A stretch of DNA of 64,000 bases from Vitrella brassicaformis CCMP3155 (Eukaryota > Protista > Chromerida), in NCBI GenBank assembly GCA_001179505.1, contig CDMY01000748.1, positions 62,001 through 126,000 on the forward strand. The letters run 5' to 3'. Shown here in pieces: positions 49,813 to 62,303 of this stretch. A program made the translations under genes and the position numbers. The number at the start of each line of letters is the position of its first letter. The first letter of the stretch is position 1. The notes beneath the pieces were generated by a model, which ran no database searches, was not told where the DNA came from, and saw only the letters and a list, made by a program, of their open reading frames with translations.

Positions 49813-51546
49813 TCACAGGATGGCCACAAGCCTGAGCTCGATGTAAGCCTCCTCTCCAGTGGCACACACTCTGGCTGGCAGGATGTATCGCCGCACCTCA
49901 CCCACGCGCATGTCAGTGAAGACCTGCTGCCACCACTCAGGTTCATCAGACACACGACCCTTCATCCCACGGTACTCGTCTTTCTTGTCTTGTCCGTCGA
50001 AGTCGTCAGCCCACCAGATGTAGTCGACCTTGACCCGCTGGTCACGTGTCGGTTTGGGTCCACTTCCCGGCCGCACCACTTGATAAAACACACCCGATGG
50101 CGACCGAACGAACACATCAGCAGGTCCCTGGCCGACAGCTGCTGGCTGGGAGACCTCCTGACGGCAGACGGCAGCACCCATCATGGCCACGAGGATGCCC
50201 ACACACACGAGTGCCACCAGCCACCAACGTCCCTTCAGCCATCCCCATGGCGACACACTCGAGGGGACACCGCCCACACTGATCGATAAGGGAAACGAAC
50301 GAACTGACGATGGGGGGGTGGATACTTGGAGTGGTGTTCACTACTCACCTGGTGTGGGCTGCGGCCTGGGCTGTGGCGCCAATGTCGGTCTTGACAATGC
50401 CGTACATGGCGGCATTGACGTCGAAGGCGGCCTGCTCTATCGTGCTTGTCATCTTGAGAGGAGCCACGATGTCTTTGGTCGACGCACCGAGCCGCTTTCT
50501 GCGGTAGTGATCGACCATACGGCCGATGTGGTCGGGCTGCATCACCTCAACTGCACGTGTCCGCGACCACCTACACCCACGACGAGACGGCGAACGACAT
50601 ATGCGTGTGTGCGTATCTATGTGGCTGCGTGTCGTTCTTACAGATCGAGTCGATGGCGGAGGGTGATATCGCCCATCTGGTCGAGGGTCGACTCAGTGGT
50701 AGCCACCGTCTGGCCGCACACCTCCACTGACCGAACGGCATCGTCGCCACCCAGCGGCTTGAGAAACGGCGTGACGGCCTGTCGTCGTCAAACACCCACA
50801 CACACCGCCACAGTGTTCGCAGTCTCGTCCCCTCTGTAGTTTTGTCAGTCGGTCAGCTTTATCTCCGTCTCCAGCCGTTCGTATTGTCTCTTGGCGGCCT
50901 CCAGCTGCCCCTCTAGCCGGGCCTTCTCAGCGGCGTATGCCTTCACAAACGCATCCACCGTCTTGCCCAACTCACCCAACTCGGCGGGGATGCCCGTGGC
51001 ACTCAGCTGAGGCTCCACAAAGGCCTCCTTGGTCTCTGCCGGCCCCTTGTCGATGGGTGCCGTCATGAGTCTGATCCAGAAGTCGTCGGGGCTGCCCCTG
51101 GCAGCATCATCCAGCAGGTGGCCGACGGACGCCGCCTTGCCCGCACGCCGGAGGGTCTCGGCGTCGAGGATGGCCCTGTGGATGGCCTTGAATGCCTCGC
51201 CGTCCATATCGATGAACACTCGACTGTCCTCGTCTCGTATCAGCCGCCCGTCCCATCGGCCACCGAACAGCACCGCCAGCAGAGAGCCCTCGATGCTCGT
51301 CAGGTGCTTGCGGCGGACCGACACGTGAGTGCCGCCCACGTTGAGCAGCAGCAGGTCGTCAGCAGAGGCCGCCGATGCGCCGTCACACACGGCCCCAGAC
51401 TCCGTCAGCAGGTTGGTGATGTTGTATGTCGTTGTGAGGGCCGCTTCAGTGTCCTTTCTTTGAGCCTGTAGTTCCTCCAGAGGGCCGAGAATGCTCCTGT
51501 CGACCGCAGAGAGGGCGTCATGGCGCGACAGCTTAAGGGCGGCCAT
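49813..51546 (-). CDS. BTB + coiled coil + second BTB-like + TM helix + FKBP-like domain; first splice donor appears mutated (possible pseudogene or truncated product)
   Basis: LNVGG...LLAVLFGGRWD BTB. Downstream exons splice to WWLVALVCVGILVAMMGAAVC and FYQVVRPGSGPKP...WWQQVFTDMRVGEVRR...IELRLVAIL*. The expected GT donor reads CT at 50856. Confidence 0.75.
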
Positions 51547-52159
51547 GGGAGATCAATGAATGCCTGATCAGCAGACGCAAACACTGGGTATGTTCAGCAT
51601 CGATACACGCCCCTCCCTTTTGCGAAAGATGGGCCGGAAAGGCCAAGCCTATGGCATCAACCACTGAGAGAGACCACACACAGACATGAAGAGCTCATCA
51701 GATCTCGGTCTGTTTTTGGTTTCTCGTGCTGTCAGCTGACCTTCCTGATGTCCTTCGTCGTTTTTTGAGCCAAACGCCAGTGAATCTGCGAGCCACAGGA
51801 CGATCGCCCTCCTTGAAGAAAGCCAATTCCTCACCGTCAGAGCAGCCGGGAGAGCTCCCGCCTGTAATTTGAAGGCATTTGATTCATCAACAACGGAGAG
51901 TAAGCGACAAATCTCGTGTGTGTCGACTGTTGCGGGATGGTCGTGTGGCTGTTTGCCGCCCTCTTGGTGCCCTGGGCGGCTGTGTCGATGGGTTCGTACG
52001 GCCACCACTCACACCACTGCAGCCGCAGATGCCGCCGACGTCGCGGCTGAATGGCTTCCACAGCATCAGCCGACTCAGAGGACGTCAGCCAACAAATGAC
52101 ACAAACCCAGATCTCACGGTGAAGTGAACATCACTCTGACTGTCTGCCTGTGTGTCTGT

Positions 52160-52840
52160 GTGTCTGTGTGTCTGTGCAGTGCGGTGTGCTGTCGCCATGA
52201 CCGGTGGACCAGTCGGGCTGTTGGATGGTCACTTTGTGTATGAGTTGGAGGTCACTGGGCAGCGGTTGGCCATCAAGCCGTCATTCCACTCGCACATCAA
52301 GTTCTGCATCGAACCCGACAAGTGAGTGACCTACACACACAGACACACAGGCACGTGTGCTTCCAACACCGACTTGCTGCTGGTGGTCAGGTCGGCTGTC
52401 GGCACCGATAAAGGCCAAGACAGCGAAGAGGAGGACGCCGATCAGCCGCCACCCTCACCGCCACCCTCAGTCGCACTGCCCGCAGCAGCAACAGACAAAG
52501 CGGCGGACGCGAGGACGGCATCAGCTGTGAGGGGTTCTTTCGGCTCTCCCCCTCTGGCGCCTATCATCAAGTGGTGCGACCGGGTAGTGGACCCAAACCC
52601 ACACCTGACCAGAGGGTCGAGTTCGACTGGATCGAGTGGGCCGACGACATCGACGGCCAAGACAAGATAGACGAGGGCCGTGGGGAGGAGGGAAGTGTGT
52701 ATGATCAGGATGAGTGGCTCCAGAAGATGTGGACTGACGTGCGTGTGGGTGAGGTGCGACGAGTCATCCTGCCGCCCAGAATGACCCCGGCTGGAAAGGG
52801 GACTTCGTTCACTGAGTTCAGGCTGGTGGCCATTCTGTGA
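52160..52840 (+). pseudogene. FKBP-like terminal exon with an unrelated upstream exon, apparently out of frame
   Basis: SPSGAYHQVVRPGSGPKP...MWTDVRVGEVRRVILP...EFRLVAIL*. The canonical splice from the upstream exon (~52323 to ~52391) gives a different frame, and the FKBP frame has a TAA near 52408. Confidence 0.6.
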
Positions 52841-54034
52841 GCGAGCCTGTCTGACTGTCCTATTGGGTTTGGCCGTGGCAAAGAGCGGTGCTGCCCGTCC
52901 GCAGGTGTGTGTGGGGTGTGTGTGCGGTGTGGGGGTGTGTGGTCTTCTGGCCTTGGCTGCTATGACTGACTGACCTCTCTCTCCGTGTGTATAGCTGATT
53001 GACTCACCGACTGTCTGACTGACTGACTGACTGACACAGGTGGGTCGTACGTGATTGTGTCAAGGAATGGATGAAGCGATGGATGAGCGGACGGATGGAT
53101 GGATGGACGCATCGCAATACTGCAAATGGCAACATTTCATTTGCAATATGGGTTTGCCTGACACACAGAGAGGAAGACAGCCAGGCTGAAGGGGTCCACC
53201 ACTCATGCATCACGCGCAGCACAAAAACGACTGCATGCCGGTGCAATGGTGGTGTGGAAACACTTACTTACACCATGGCGTGTGTCCTAGGGTCACACGG
53301 CTGGTTGGTCACAAACCCGCATGTGGCCACCCGCCGAGTGGACACACACGACATGTGCATATCGGTATACAAGCATAGGAACGAAGGCAAGAGGAGGGGG
53401 ACACAGGCGCACTCCACCCACACGCATGTCAGTCAGGGTCTGCTGGAGCCACCCAGCCCAATCAGACAAGAGAAACACCAGCTCCGGTGATTCACTGAGC
53501 CAGGTGCCGCCCGTCACACGTTGGCAACACACACAAATGACACGGGGAGACATGGAGAGTTACACATCGGCAAACACACTTTTGACACTGAGTTCTCAAG
53601 ACCACACACAGCAGAAAGATGAGCGCCAGGGAGACACATCCAGACAGACGACCGCACTAACCACCTGCCTCCCTCCCTCCCTGGTTAACGCAGATGCTAA
53701 AAGCGTGACACACTCGTGCAGGCCGCTGCGCTTCGGAAAATCAGCTGGCTCGGTGTGAGCCTTTGAAGACGGAATGAACCGACCTTGCTGTGGTATCTGC
53801 ATGTGCGGTGGTCACGAGAGCCCAGTGTCTGAACTCTCAAGATCTCCACTCATGCCGCACACGGCTGTGTCCTCGTGGCGAAAGCAGCACGACATACAAC
53901 GAAACACCCGAGACACGTGTACTCAGAATGGGTGAGCGATGCACACAGCAGGCTGACAGTAATATACATAGACGCCCGCCACACCGTGGCGAATGCACCA
54001 CCCCTCCACACCCTTCTGAATGCACGGGCCCCAC

Positions 54035-54580
54035 TCATAAACTAACGACCTCGGCCGTCTCCGCTGCTTGCGCTGACGGCTTGGCCACGTCATAGCAGCC
54101 ACGTGGCTTGCCCTCCGACTGCTCCAGGTACAGGCAGTACCACAGCAGCGCATTGATGTTCTCAGGCACATCCATGCCCACCTCCTGTTCATTCACACAC
54201 ACACACAGAGGCAATGCATTGGTGCGATGAATGCCACGGTTCTGCTCTGCTGACCTTGTTTTCCCGCCACACATCAGCGAAGGAATCGGTTCTGTCCTGA
54301 CCTGACACACACATACATGCAGAGACCGACAGACAGATGGCCAATGCAGCAATGGACAGGCCACTCCCCATTGACTCAGTGCTGACCGTGGCCGCAGTGG
54401 AAGTACAGCACGCGGGAGACAAGCACAACGTCGGATCCAGTCCACCGATCGGCAAGATGAGCACAGCATTGGGCAGTGCAGGCAGGCAGGATAGGCAACG
54501 TGATGTGGCGTGGCGTGGGAGACACGAGTGTTGGCACATACGGTTGAGAGATCCACTTGAATAGATTTCGTCATGTCCGA
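54035..54580 (-). CDS. Small hypothetical spliced gene or fragment
   Basis: Exons GQDRTDSFADVWRENK|EVGMDVPENINALLWYCLYLEQSEG...VVSL* join in frame through GT-AG. The 5' end is unclear. Confidence 0.35.
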   Translation of the reverse strand, partial: SDMTKSIQVDLSTVCANTRVSHATPHHVAYPACLHCPMLCSSCRSVDWIRRCACLPRAVLPLRPRSALSQWGVACPLLHWPSVCRSLHVCVCQVRTEPIPSLMCGGKTRSAEQNRGIHRTNALPLCVCVNEQEVGMDVPENINALLWYCLYLEQSEGKPRGCYDVAKPSAQAAETAEVVSL

Positions 54581-55061
54581 TTCAAGAGAGAAAAAGGACC
54601 CCCACCGATACCACAGATGCCATCCACCTACATGCATCGTGAGACAGGCAGGCAGACAGGCAGACCATTAGACAGACAAAAAGGCGTCTTGGGGTCTTAC
54701 AGGCCTCATGGATAAACAGAACCAAACGAACGTCACATTGGCTATGGCAGGCCTGGCTCACGGGTCATGGATAAAGCCATCACATCACATCACGTCACGT
54801 CCATCGGTCGCCGAGAGATACAGCGACGGCACCACACCCAATGCACTCACACATGTGTGTGTGTGTGGGTGGACGTGAGCAGCAGCCAAGGCACACCGAC
54901 ACAGATGACCAAAGCACACACACCGACACCCCATAGCAACTCTAGCAGGACCATGCAGCAGAATATACCGACGCAGCAGCAGGCCACAAAAATCAGACAT
55001 CGCTGCCGGACGGTGCCTCACGAACAAGGGCACACACAGGGGACGCACTAGGAGTCAGTGC

Positions 55062-56744
55062 TCACAGGATGGCCACCAGAGTGTACTCACCGAACAGGGT
55101 CACCTCTCCCCTGACGCTCAGTCCGGCTGCCACAATGACCCGCCGCACCTCACCCACACGCATGTCAGTGAACACCTCCTGGACCCACCACTCAGCGAAC
55201 TGAGACACGAGAAACTCCCGCGCACGGACCTCCCCTCTCTTGTTTTGTCCGTCGAAGGCGTCACGCCACTCGATGGCGTCATACTTGATGGTCTGGCCAC
55301 GTGTCGGTTTGGGTCCACTGCCCGGCCGCACCACTTGATAGATCATACCCGACGGCGACCGAGTGAACACATCACCGCCGCCGCCCTGGCCGGCTGCTGT
55401 GGTTGGCGAGGAGACCTCCTGACGCCGCAGTGGCGACACAACGAAGCCGCCATTCCTGCACGCGAGGCAGGCACGACACGTCGGCTGACTAAGGATCAGA
55501 CACCTGCCGCATACACGCTTACTTCTCCGTGTCGACGCCGTACATCTGTGCTGTCTTGTTGAAGGACTCCTGCCGGGCGGCCCTCTCCGTCAGCAGCGGC
55601 ACTCGCACCCCGCCCAGCAGGTGCGTGTCGGGCAGTGAGGCCGCGAGGCATTTGCGGCGGTAGTGGTCCACCAGACGGCGGACGTGGTCGACAGGCACAT
55701 CCTCAATGGGAGCCGGCCACCTGATGGAGGACAACACATCACACATACCATATGCCCGTGTGGTTGTGTGCTCTGTGTGCTGCTCACATATCGAATCGAT
55801 TGTGCAGCCCAATGTCGCCCATTTCGCCCAAAGTGGACTGCACCGTCGAGACAAGGTGGCCACACACGTCGACAGACCGAATGGCATCACCGCCTCTCAG
55901 AGGCGCCAGAAATGGCACGACGGCCTGACAGGCAGACGGACAGACAGACCGACGGACGCACCCATTGACAACCGTGTGCTTCGGCTGTCCTCCTTTCTCT
56001 CACCGTAATCTCCATCATCGTCTGGTCGTATGCGCCCCTCTTGGCCGCCCGCTCGCCGTCGAGTTCCTTCTTTTTTGCAGCGAATGTCTTGACGAAGCTC
56101 TCCACCTCCGCCACGACCCCTCTCAGTTCTGCCGGCAGCCCGTGCGATGTCACCGTAGGCTCTTCCGAGTGGCCCTGTGCAGCCGAAGATGCGTCGGTGG
56201 ATGGCTTGTCGATGGGGGACAGCAGCACTGCTGTCCAGAAGTCGTGAGCGCCTGCACACAACACACACAAACGGCCACACACATGCAGGTGGACAAGAGG
56301 AGAAGGTTTGCATGCGCCCTAATTACCTTGGTAGTTTCTCGTCTTTGCCTCGTCCATCAGCCGGTCCAACGCATCCTTGCCGCCCTCCAGCAGGCCCTCC
56401 AGCATCGCCTCAAACGCACGTGGACACACATCGATGAAAACGCGGTTCTCCGCATCACGAATGAGCCGCCCATCCCATCGGCCACCGAACAGCACCGCCA
56501 GCAGTGTGCCCTCGACGCTCGTCAGGTGCTTGCGGCGCACAGACGAGTGGCTCCCGCCGACATTGAGCTTAAGCAGGTCGTCGCCAGAGGCCGCCGATGG
56601 GTCGGAGGCGCCGTGGTCAGTCAGCAGTTTGCCGACGTCGTAGGTCGATGCGATCTCTGCCCGCTCTGCCTCGAGGCGCTCCATCGGGCCGAGTAGCTGC
56701 CTGTCCAGCCGGCAGAGGGCCTCGTGGCGAGTGAAGGGCTCCAT
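55062..56744 (-). CDS. BTB + coiled coil + second BTB-like + FKBP-like domain protein, apparently intact
   Basis: LNVGGSHSSVRRKHLTSVEGTLLAVLFGGRWD. Five exons splice in frame to SPSGMIYQVVRPGSGPKP...VFTDMRVGEVRR...EYTLVAIL*. Confidence 0.82.
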
Positions 56745-57099
56745 AGACGACCAGACCAACGAATGCTGACGCACACACAAATGGCAGGAGGATGCGTGCG
56801 TCAGATCTTGTTGCTGCTCGCTGTCTGTGTGTCGTTCCTGAGCCCTCTCTCACCTGTTGCCCTTTTTCTGCGCCTGTGCGTCTGCAAGCTTAGCCGAGGA
56901 GAAGATGACCAGAAGTGCAGCTTCGTTCCCTCTGTTTGCGTCGAGATCTTGGCGGAATGGAGCTGTGAGACACGACCCCTGCTGCGGGCTAGGACCAAAC
57001 CAGTGGAAACCAGTTTTGCGAGCTGCATGGTGAGAACTGCCGAGGTGAGTTCAGTTTGTTCGTGCAGTTCGAGATGACTGAGGCGAGAGAGCTAGCACG

Positions 57100-58675
57100 T
57101 AAGCCCATCGAGAGAGGAAACCCACGCCTGCGTGATCGTGTGGTCGAACGACAGCAATGGCTTTCCTCTGCCTGTCTGGCTATGTGTGAGTGCAGTTGAT
57201 ATCCTCTTCACGCTTGGGGACGATTCGCGTGGGCTGTCCTTTGGTGCCCACGGGACGGTTGCTTGTCGGGGGGTCGTGAGGAAGGCCCCTCCCCAGCCCT
57301 CACCCTCGTGTTCCCCCGACTCCGATGAGCAAACGGCGGTCAGCGACTCGAGCCGGGGAAGCGACAGTGAGGCGTCCGGCAAGACGCCCAGCAGCCGCGG
57401 CAATGGCGGGAGGTTCGTTCCACAGCTGGCAAGACTGGCTGACTGTCTGAGAGTGCTGCAGGAGGGCCACCTGCGGCTGCAGCAGGGTGAGTGACCGCAC
57501 TAGTAGTAATATGCACACGGACATCAAGACAGCCGGGGGCCTTGACGCTTGACGTGTCCTCGTCTGCCTCTCCTGTGCTGTCTGTGACTTAGGAAGCCAC
57601 AAGGTGTATCTTCCTAACAGCATGGGGATCGAGGACGCACCAGTGGCGAGCAGCACAGACGACACAGCCGCTGACGGCGCCGCGCCAGATGGGCAGGGCC
57701 ACGTGGCCACACTCCGCGAGACCAAGCGAGCCGTCAAGGGGGCGGCCGGCCCGTCAACCTCCACCACCTCCAGCAGCCCGGACAGCAGCGGCAGCATCAC
57801 GGCCTTCTGTGAGTGGATCGAGGTGCAGGAGGACAGCCTGGGGCCGTTCGTGCAGCTGCAGCTTGCCAAGGTGCCCGTGGTGTCCTCTCAGCGGTCAGGG
57901 GGCGATGCAGAGATGGCGAGAGAGGGCAGTGCGGGCCGCAAGGGGGCGAAGAGTCGCCGACAGGGAGCGGTTGAAGAAGACGCCACTCATACCGGGGCGT
58001 ATGGCGTGAAGGTGAGTGACGGAACTATACAAAAAAGGCATAGCAAGCCGAATCAAGATGTTCCCGTGTGTGTGTGTGTGTGTGTGTGCAGCGGGTGGCG
58101 GGCGAAGACATGTCGTCTGCGCCGCTGGCCCCATCGCAGCCATCGGGCCAGTCTTTGTGTGTCGACACGGCCCCAGCCGTCATAGAGCAGATCAGGAGTA
58201 CGCAGAGACTCAAATCCAGAGGCAGCAAACCCGCACAAAGCATTGTTCTCCTGTTCCCTTCTTCCAGACAACCGTGTGCCATCGTCCCCGGCCAAGCTGA
58301 GGAAGCCCGCAGTGTCGGACGCACTTTCCCCCCAGTCACGGCAGGCAGACGATGAGACGCACAGCCATGGCGCGGCGGCAGACGCGCACCACGAGGGCAA
58401 ACTGGACGAGAAAGTGGCTAAACGATGCTCAAGTGAGTCAAGGAGGGAGGGAGGGGACGGGGTGACCTCTGTGTGGATGCGTTTGTACGTGTTGTTTTTG
58501 TTTGGTCTTGTCATTGCTCCTCCTCTGCAGCGTTGGGCGACTGGCGTCAGAGGTTGGCTGCGGTGGCGCAGTACCGCGCCACACACACCATGCGCATCAC
58601 AGAGGTGTGCAAGATGGTCAACTGGAGCCAAACACGGTACTATTGCGTGTGTGTGTGCCTGTCTGTGTGTGTGTC

Positions 58676-58708
<33 letters not shown>

Positions 58709-60094
58709 AGCGCAACTTGACCGTTGTTGCATGGCGGATGTGTTGTGTTGGGTTGTGTCGCTTCTGTTGGCTGCAGGTATTCTGACGCCAACAAGTATCT
58801 GAAAGAAGCGGAGGAATGCATATCCAACGTCAAGTAAGCCCAGAACACCCTCCCCCCACCCCCACACACACGCACACACAGACGTCGGCAAGCGCATGCT
58901 CTTATGTGTTATGTGTTGTGTCATCTGTCAGTTTGGACTACCAGCACCGTCTGAAGCTGCTGCAGCTGCTGGAGAGCGACTCGACGCTCATCAGCGAGTT
59001 CAAGAAGTTCGTCGACAAGCTCACACAAGAGGCCCCACCCGACCCCAGATTCCCCTCGGCCATTCGAAAGAGAGCTCGGTCGCGCGGCGGGCAGCGGTCG
59101 GCGCCACACTCACCACCACCACAGGCACCACATCCACCAGCAAGCGACCACGTTGACGCGGCAACGGCGGCATCAGCAGCAGCACCGACGGCCGCAGATC
59201 CCTCGGCCATGCATATGGGCGGCATGCATGGCTATCACGGCGGCTATGTGCCATATCCGCACCCTGCGCATTCTGCTGCTGCTGGGGGGATGGATGGGTC
59301 GTTCGGGGGCTATTATGGCTACGGTGGCGCCATGGGGGGCGGGGGGTATGAGTGCGCTGGCGCTGGCAGTGGTGGCGGGGGCTGGTATGGGCAGCCGAGT
59401 GTGGGGGGCTACCGACCACACCACCTGCCACACTCACATGCGGGCTATGGTCGCCCCGGGCCTTACCAAATGCCATACCACTCTGACGGTAAGACACACG
59501 CACACACACACACAGATACACAGACACAGAGAGGGTGTGGATCCATTTGTGTGACGGTGGCCGTGTTCCTCCGTGCCGTGTGTGTCCGATGTCTGTCTGG
59601 TTGGTCTGTCAGGGATGTACACCTACGGTACTGTCGGCCCTCACTACGGCGTGGTGCCCAGCCCGTATGGCGGCTACCCCCCCTCCCTCCCCCCCTACCT
59701 CCCCCCATCCAACCCCTCACAGCCGCCATTCGACTTCTCCAACACACTCAGCCCATACTACACCCGACGCGACACACACCAGCCGTCGCACCAAGCGCCC
59801 GAGCCCTCCGCCTCACCCAGCCCGTCCCCTCCCATGTGGCTCGCCGATGGTGCCGCAGATGCTGCTGATGGTGCTGGTGATGACGTCGGTGACGCTGCCA
59901 ATGGTGCAGGTGTCAAGGAGGAGAGCGAATCGGGCGGTGGCGGCGGCAGCAGCGGGGATGCCGCCAATGGCAATGTGTCGACACAGGAGGGCGAGGGGGC
60001 GTCGGTTTACGCCACCGGCAGTGGCAGTGGGAGTGGCAGTGGCAACGGTGGGGGGGTCAACGGCTCGATAGCGAGCGTCTGTGGTGAGGCATGA
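57100..60094 (+). CDS. Hypothetical multi-exon protein with possible helix-turn-helix segment and Gly/Tyr/Pro-rich disordered C-terminus (start unresolved)
   Basis: In-frame exon chain includes DWRQRLAAVAQYRATHTMRITEVCKMVNWSQTR|YSDANKYLKE and ends SVCGEA* at 60094. Confidence 0.6.
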
Positions 60095-61601
60095 AATGGG
60101 CTGGGAATGTGGAGGGGGGGAGGGATCATGTGTGTGAACGAACTGGCGATTTTTGCCTCTTGTGCAGTGTAGGGAGGGATGGGGCGGGAGTGGGGCGGGC
60201 GTGGGATTTTTCCGTGTAGTGTATTGCTGCGGTGTGTTTTGATTGTGTGATGTGGTGATGTTCTGATGGTCACAGTTCCCAAAGGGACGACCATACAGAA
60301 GAGATATGGATGGCCTGCTCGGATGCTCAGTGAGAGTTTTTGCCTGAACCCGCTTACCTCTGTGGCTGTCTGTCTGTCTGTCTGTGATATCAGTGTAGAA
60401 AAGGGTCATTCAGGGGGTGGCATACAGTACATCAAGGCAGGTGCTCTTCTCTGCCACAATGCTGCTGTGCTAGGGGTATCTGAGACGCGATGGATGGATG
60501 GATGGATGGAGTTGTGCCGCTATTTTTGCGTCGGTCGGCTGATCCAGTGCAGCGGCAGTGTGTAGACAGAGTGACTGCCTGGTGTCACGAAGCAAGCCGC
60601 CCCGCCCCTCTCTCTCTCTGTCTTGTCATGCGCGTGTGGGGGGGGGGGTATTTTTCTCCTCTCTGATGGTTGGTTGGCTCGCAATTCTTGAGAGGAGCAG
60701 GTCGCTGTGTGTGTGTGTGTGTATGGGTTGATTGGGTATCGTCATGCATATCTGCATGCATTTATGCCTGGTCGTTCGTGTGTGTGTGTGTGTGTGTAAG
60801 TAAGGGACTGTGTGTGTGTGTGTATGACAAGGACTATGACAAGGACTCACACCGAGGTGGTTTGTCGGTCAACAATTGGGCCAAGGTGTGTCTCATGCCA
60901 GCCAACGTCCGCCAGATCGTGAACCGACGCACACATAGACGCGCACCACGTCCGCGTGTCAATAGGTCAGCACGTCTCGGCAAATATAAAATACAGGCAG
61001 CAATGATTCTTTGATGTGCTTCATGGGCTCACTTTTTCTCCCCTCTTTGAGTCCTTCGTGTGCATCCATCTGTCGAGAGAGGATGGCAGGAAGAGCCAAT
61101 AGCCGGAAAGCTTTCCGGAGACGGAGAGGGGATCTGCCTAAAGCAACACGCACTCTACGCCCCCCACCCCCGGTATATCTGTCTGTCGTCTGAGTGTGAT
61201 AGAGTCGGTCGTCCTCCGACTCTATCACAGACTCTCAGACTCTCACTCACATCATCAGAGTCTCACTCACAGAACGAGCCCACACACACATGAGTGAGTC
61301 CTTCCTTGGTGTGCATCCATCCATCTGTACGTCGAGAGAGGAGAGGATGGCAGAAAGAGCGAGCCAACTAGCCGGAAAGAGAGACAGACGGGGATGACTG
61401 ACGGTAGAATGAATACTAGGAAGGATATGTGGGATTGTCGCAGCTAGCCCCTTCTTCTCTGCACTTGTGTGTCTGTCCCTTACTTAGGCGGATGGATCTA
61501 CCTACACGTGTGCACACGCACTCTACGCCCCACCAGAGCACCCTCTTGTGGTATGTCTGTCTGTCGTCTCTGTGTGTGGTGTCATCGATGGAGTCGACCG
61601 A

Positions 61602-62095
61602 TCAGTCGTCCTCCTCCTCGGCTCCGGTGCTCGCGTCCTCCATCTCGGCATCACTCTCGTCGCTCTCCTCCTCGTCCGACGGCTCCTCGTCGGTGTACAC
61701 CTCCACCTTGAGGGACTCGTCGACGGCGTCCTCGAGGTCGGAGGACCTGCATGCATGCATGCAAGAGAAAGAAAAAGCATGGCATGCATGCATGCGCACT
61801 CGTCAGGTGGGTGCATCCACATTGCATGCATTCCTGTGTGTCTCCTTGTGGCGTTCGGTGGATGGATGTCTTACTCGAACTTGTCGATATCCATTTCGTC
61901 CAGATCGAAGGGTCCCGCTATCAACTCCCCGCGCTTGCCGTTGCCCTTTCTGTCCCACAGGGTGGCCTGGAGGTACGTTTTCTTGTTGGTGGTGCCCACC
62001 ACGACCACCTCGCCCCTCCGCCACTCATCCCGCCGGCCTCCCTCGAACCACCAGGCCTCCCCCCACCTCGCCGGGAATGTGTACGTCATCGACAT
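61602..62095 (-). CDS. Small Trp-rich beta-barrel-like (Tudor/SH3-like?) protein with acidic tail, copy A
   Basis: MSMTYTFPARWGEAWWFEGGRRDEWRRGEVVVVGTTNKKTYLQATLWD...KFE|SSDLEDAVDES...EEEDD*. One GT-AG intron at 61747-61874. Confidence 0.55.
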
Positions 62096-62303
62096 GTGTG
62101 TTGCAGTAGTCAGGTCGTCTGCTGGGAATGAGAAATGCGCAGCTTCTGCCTTCGCCGGTAAACATCCCCCAGTTGATGAAGTTTTCGTCGACGACGACAA
62201 ACGGGCGCACACTTGTTCTCGTTCGTTCTGGTCCAACAACACCCGCCCACCACAGCAGCGATCAGCGACACCGTGTAGAGGGTAGCTGGTGTGATTGATG
62301 GGC

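Noticed and set aside
51650-52130. Weak F-box-like string (DLPDVLRRFLSQTPVNLRATGRS)
   Set aside because: Flanked by stops with no consistent splice path; too weak to call.
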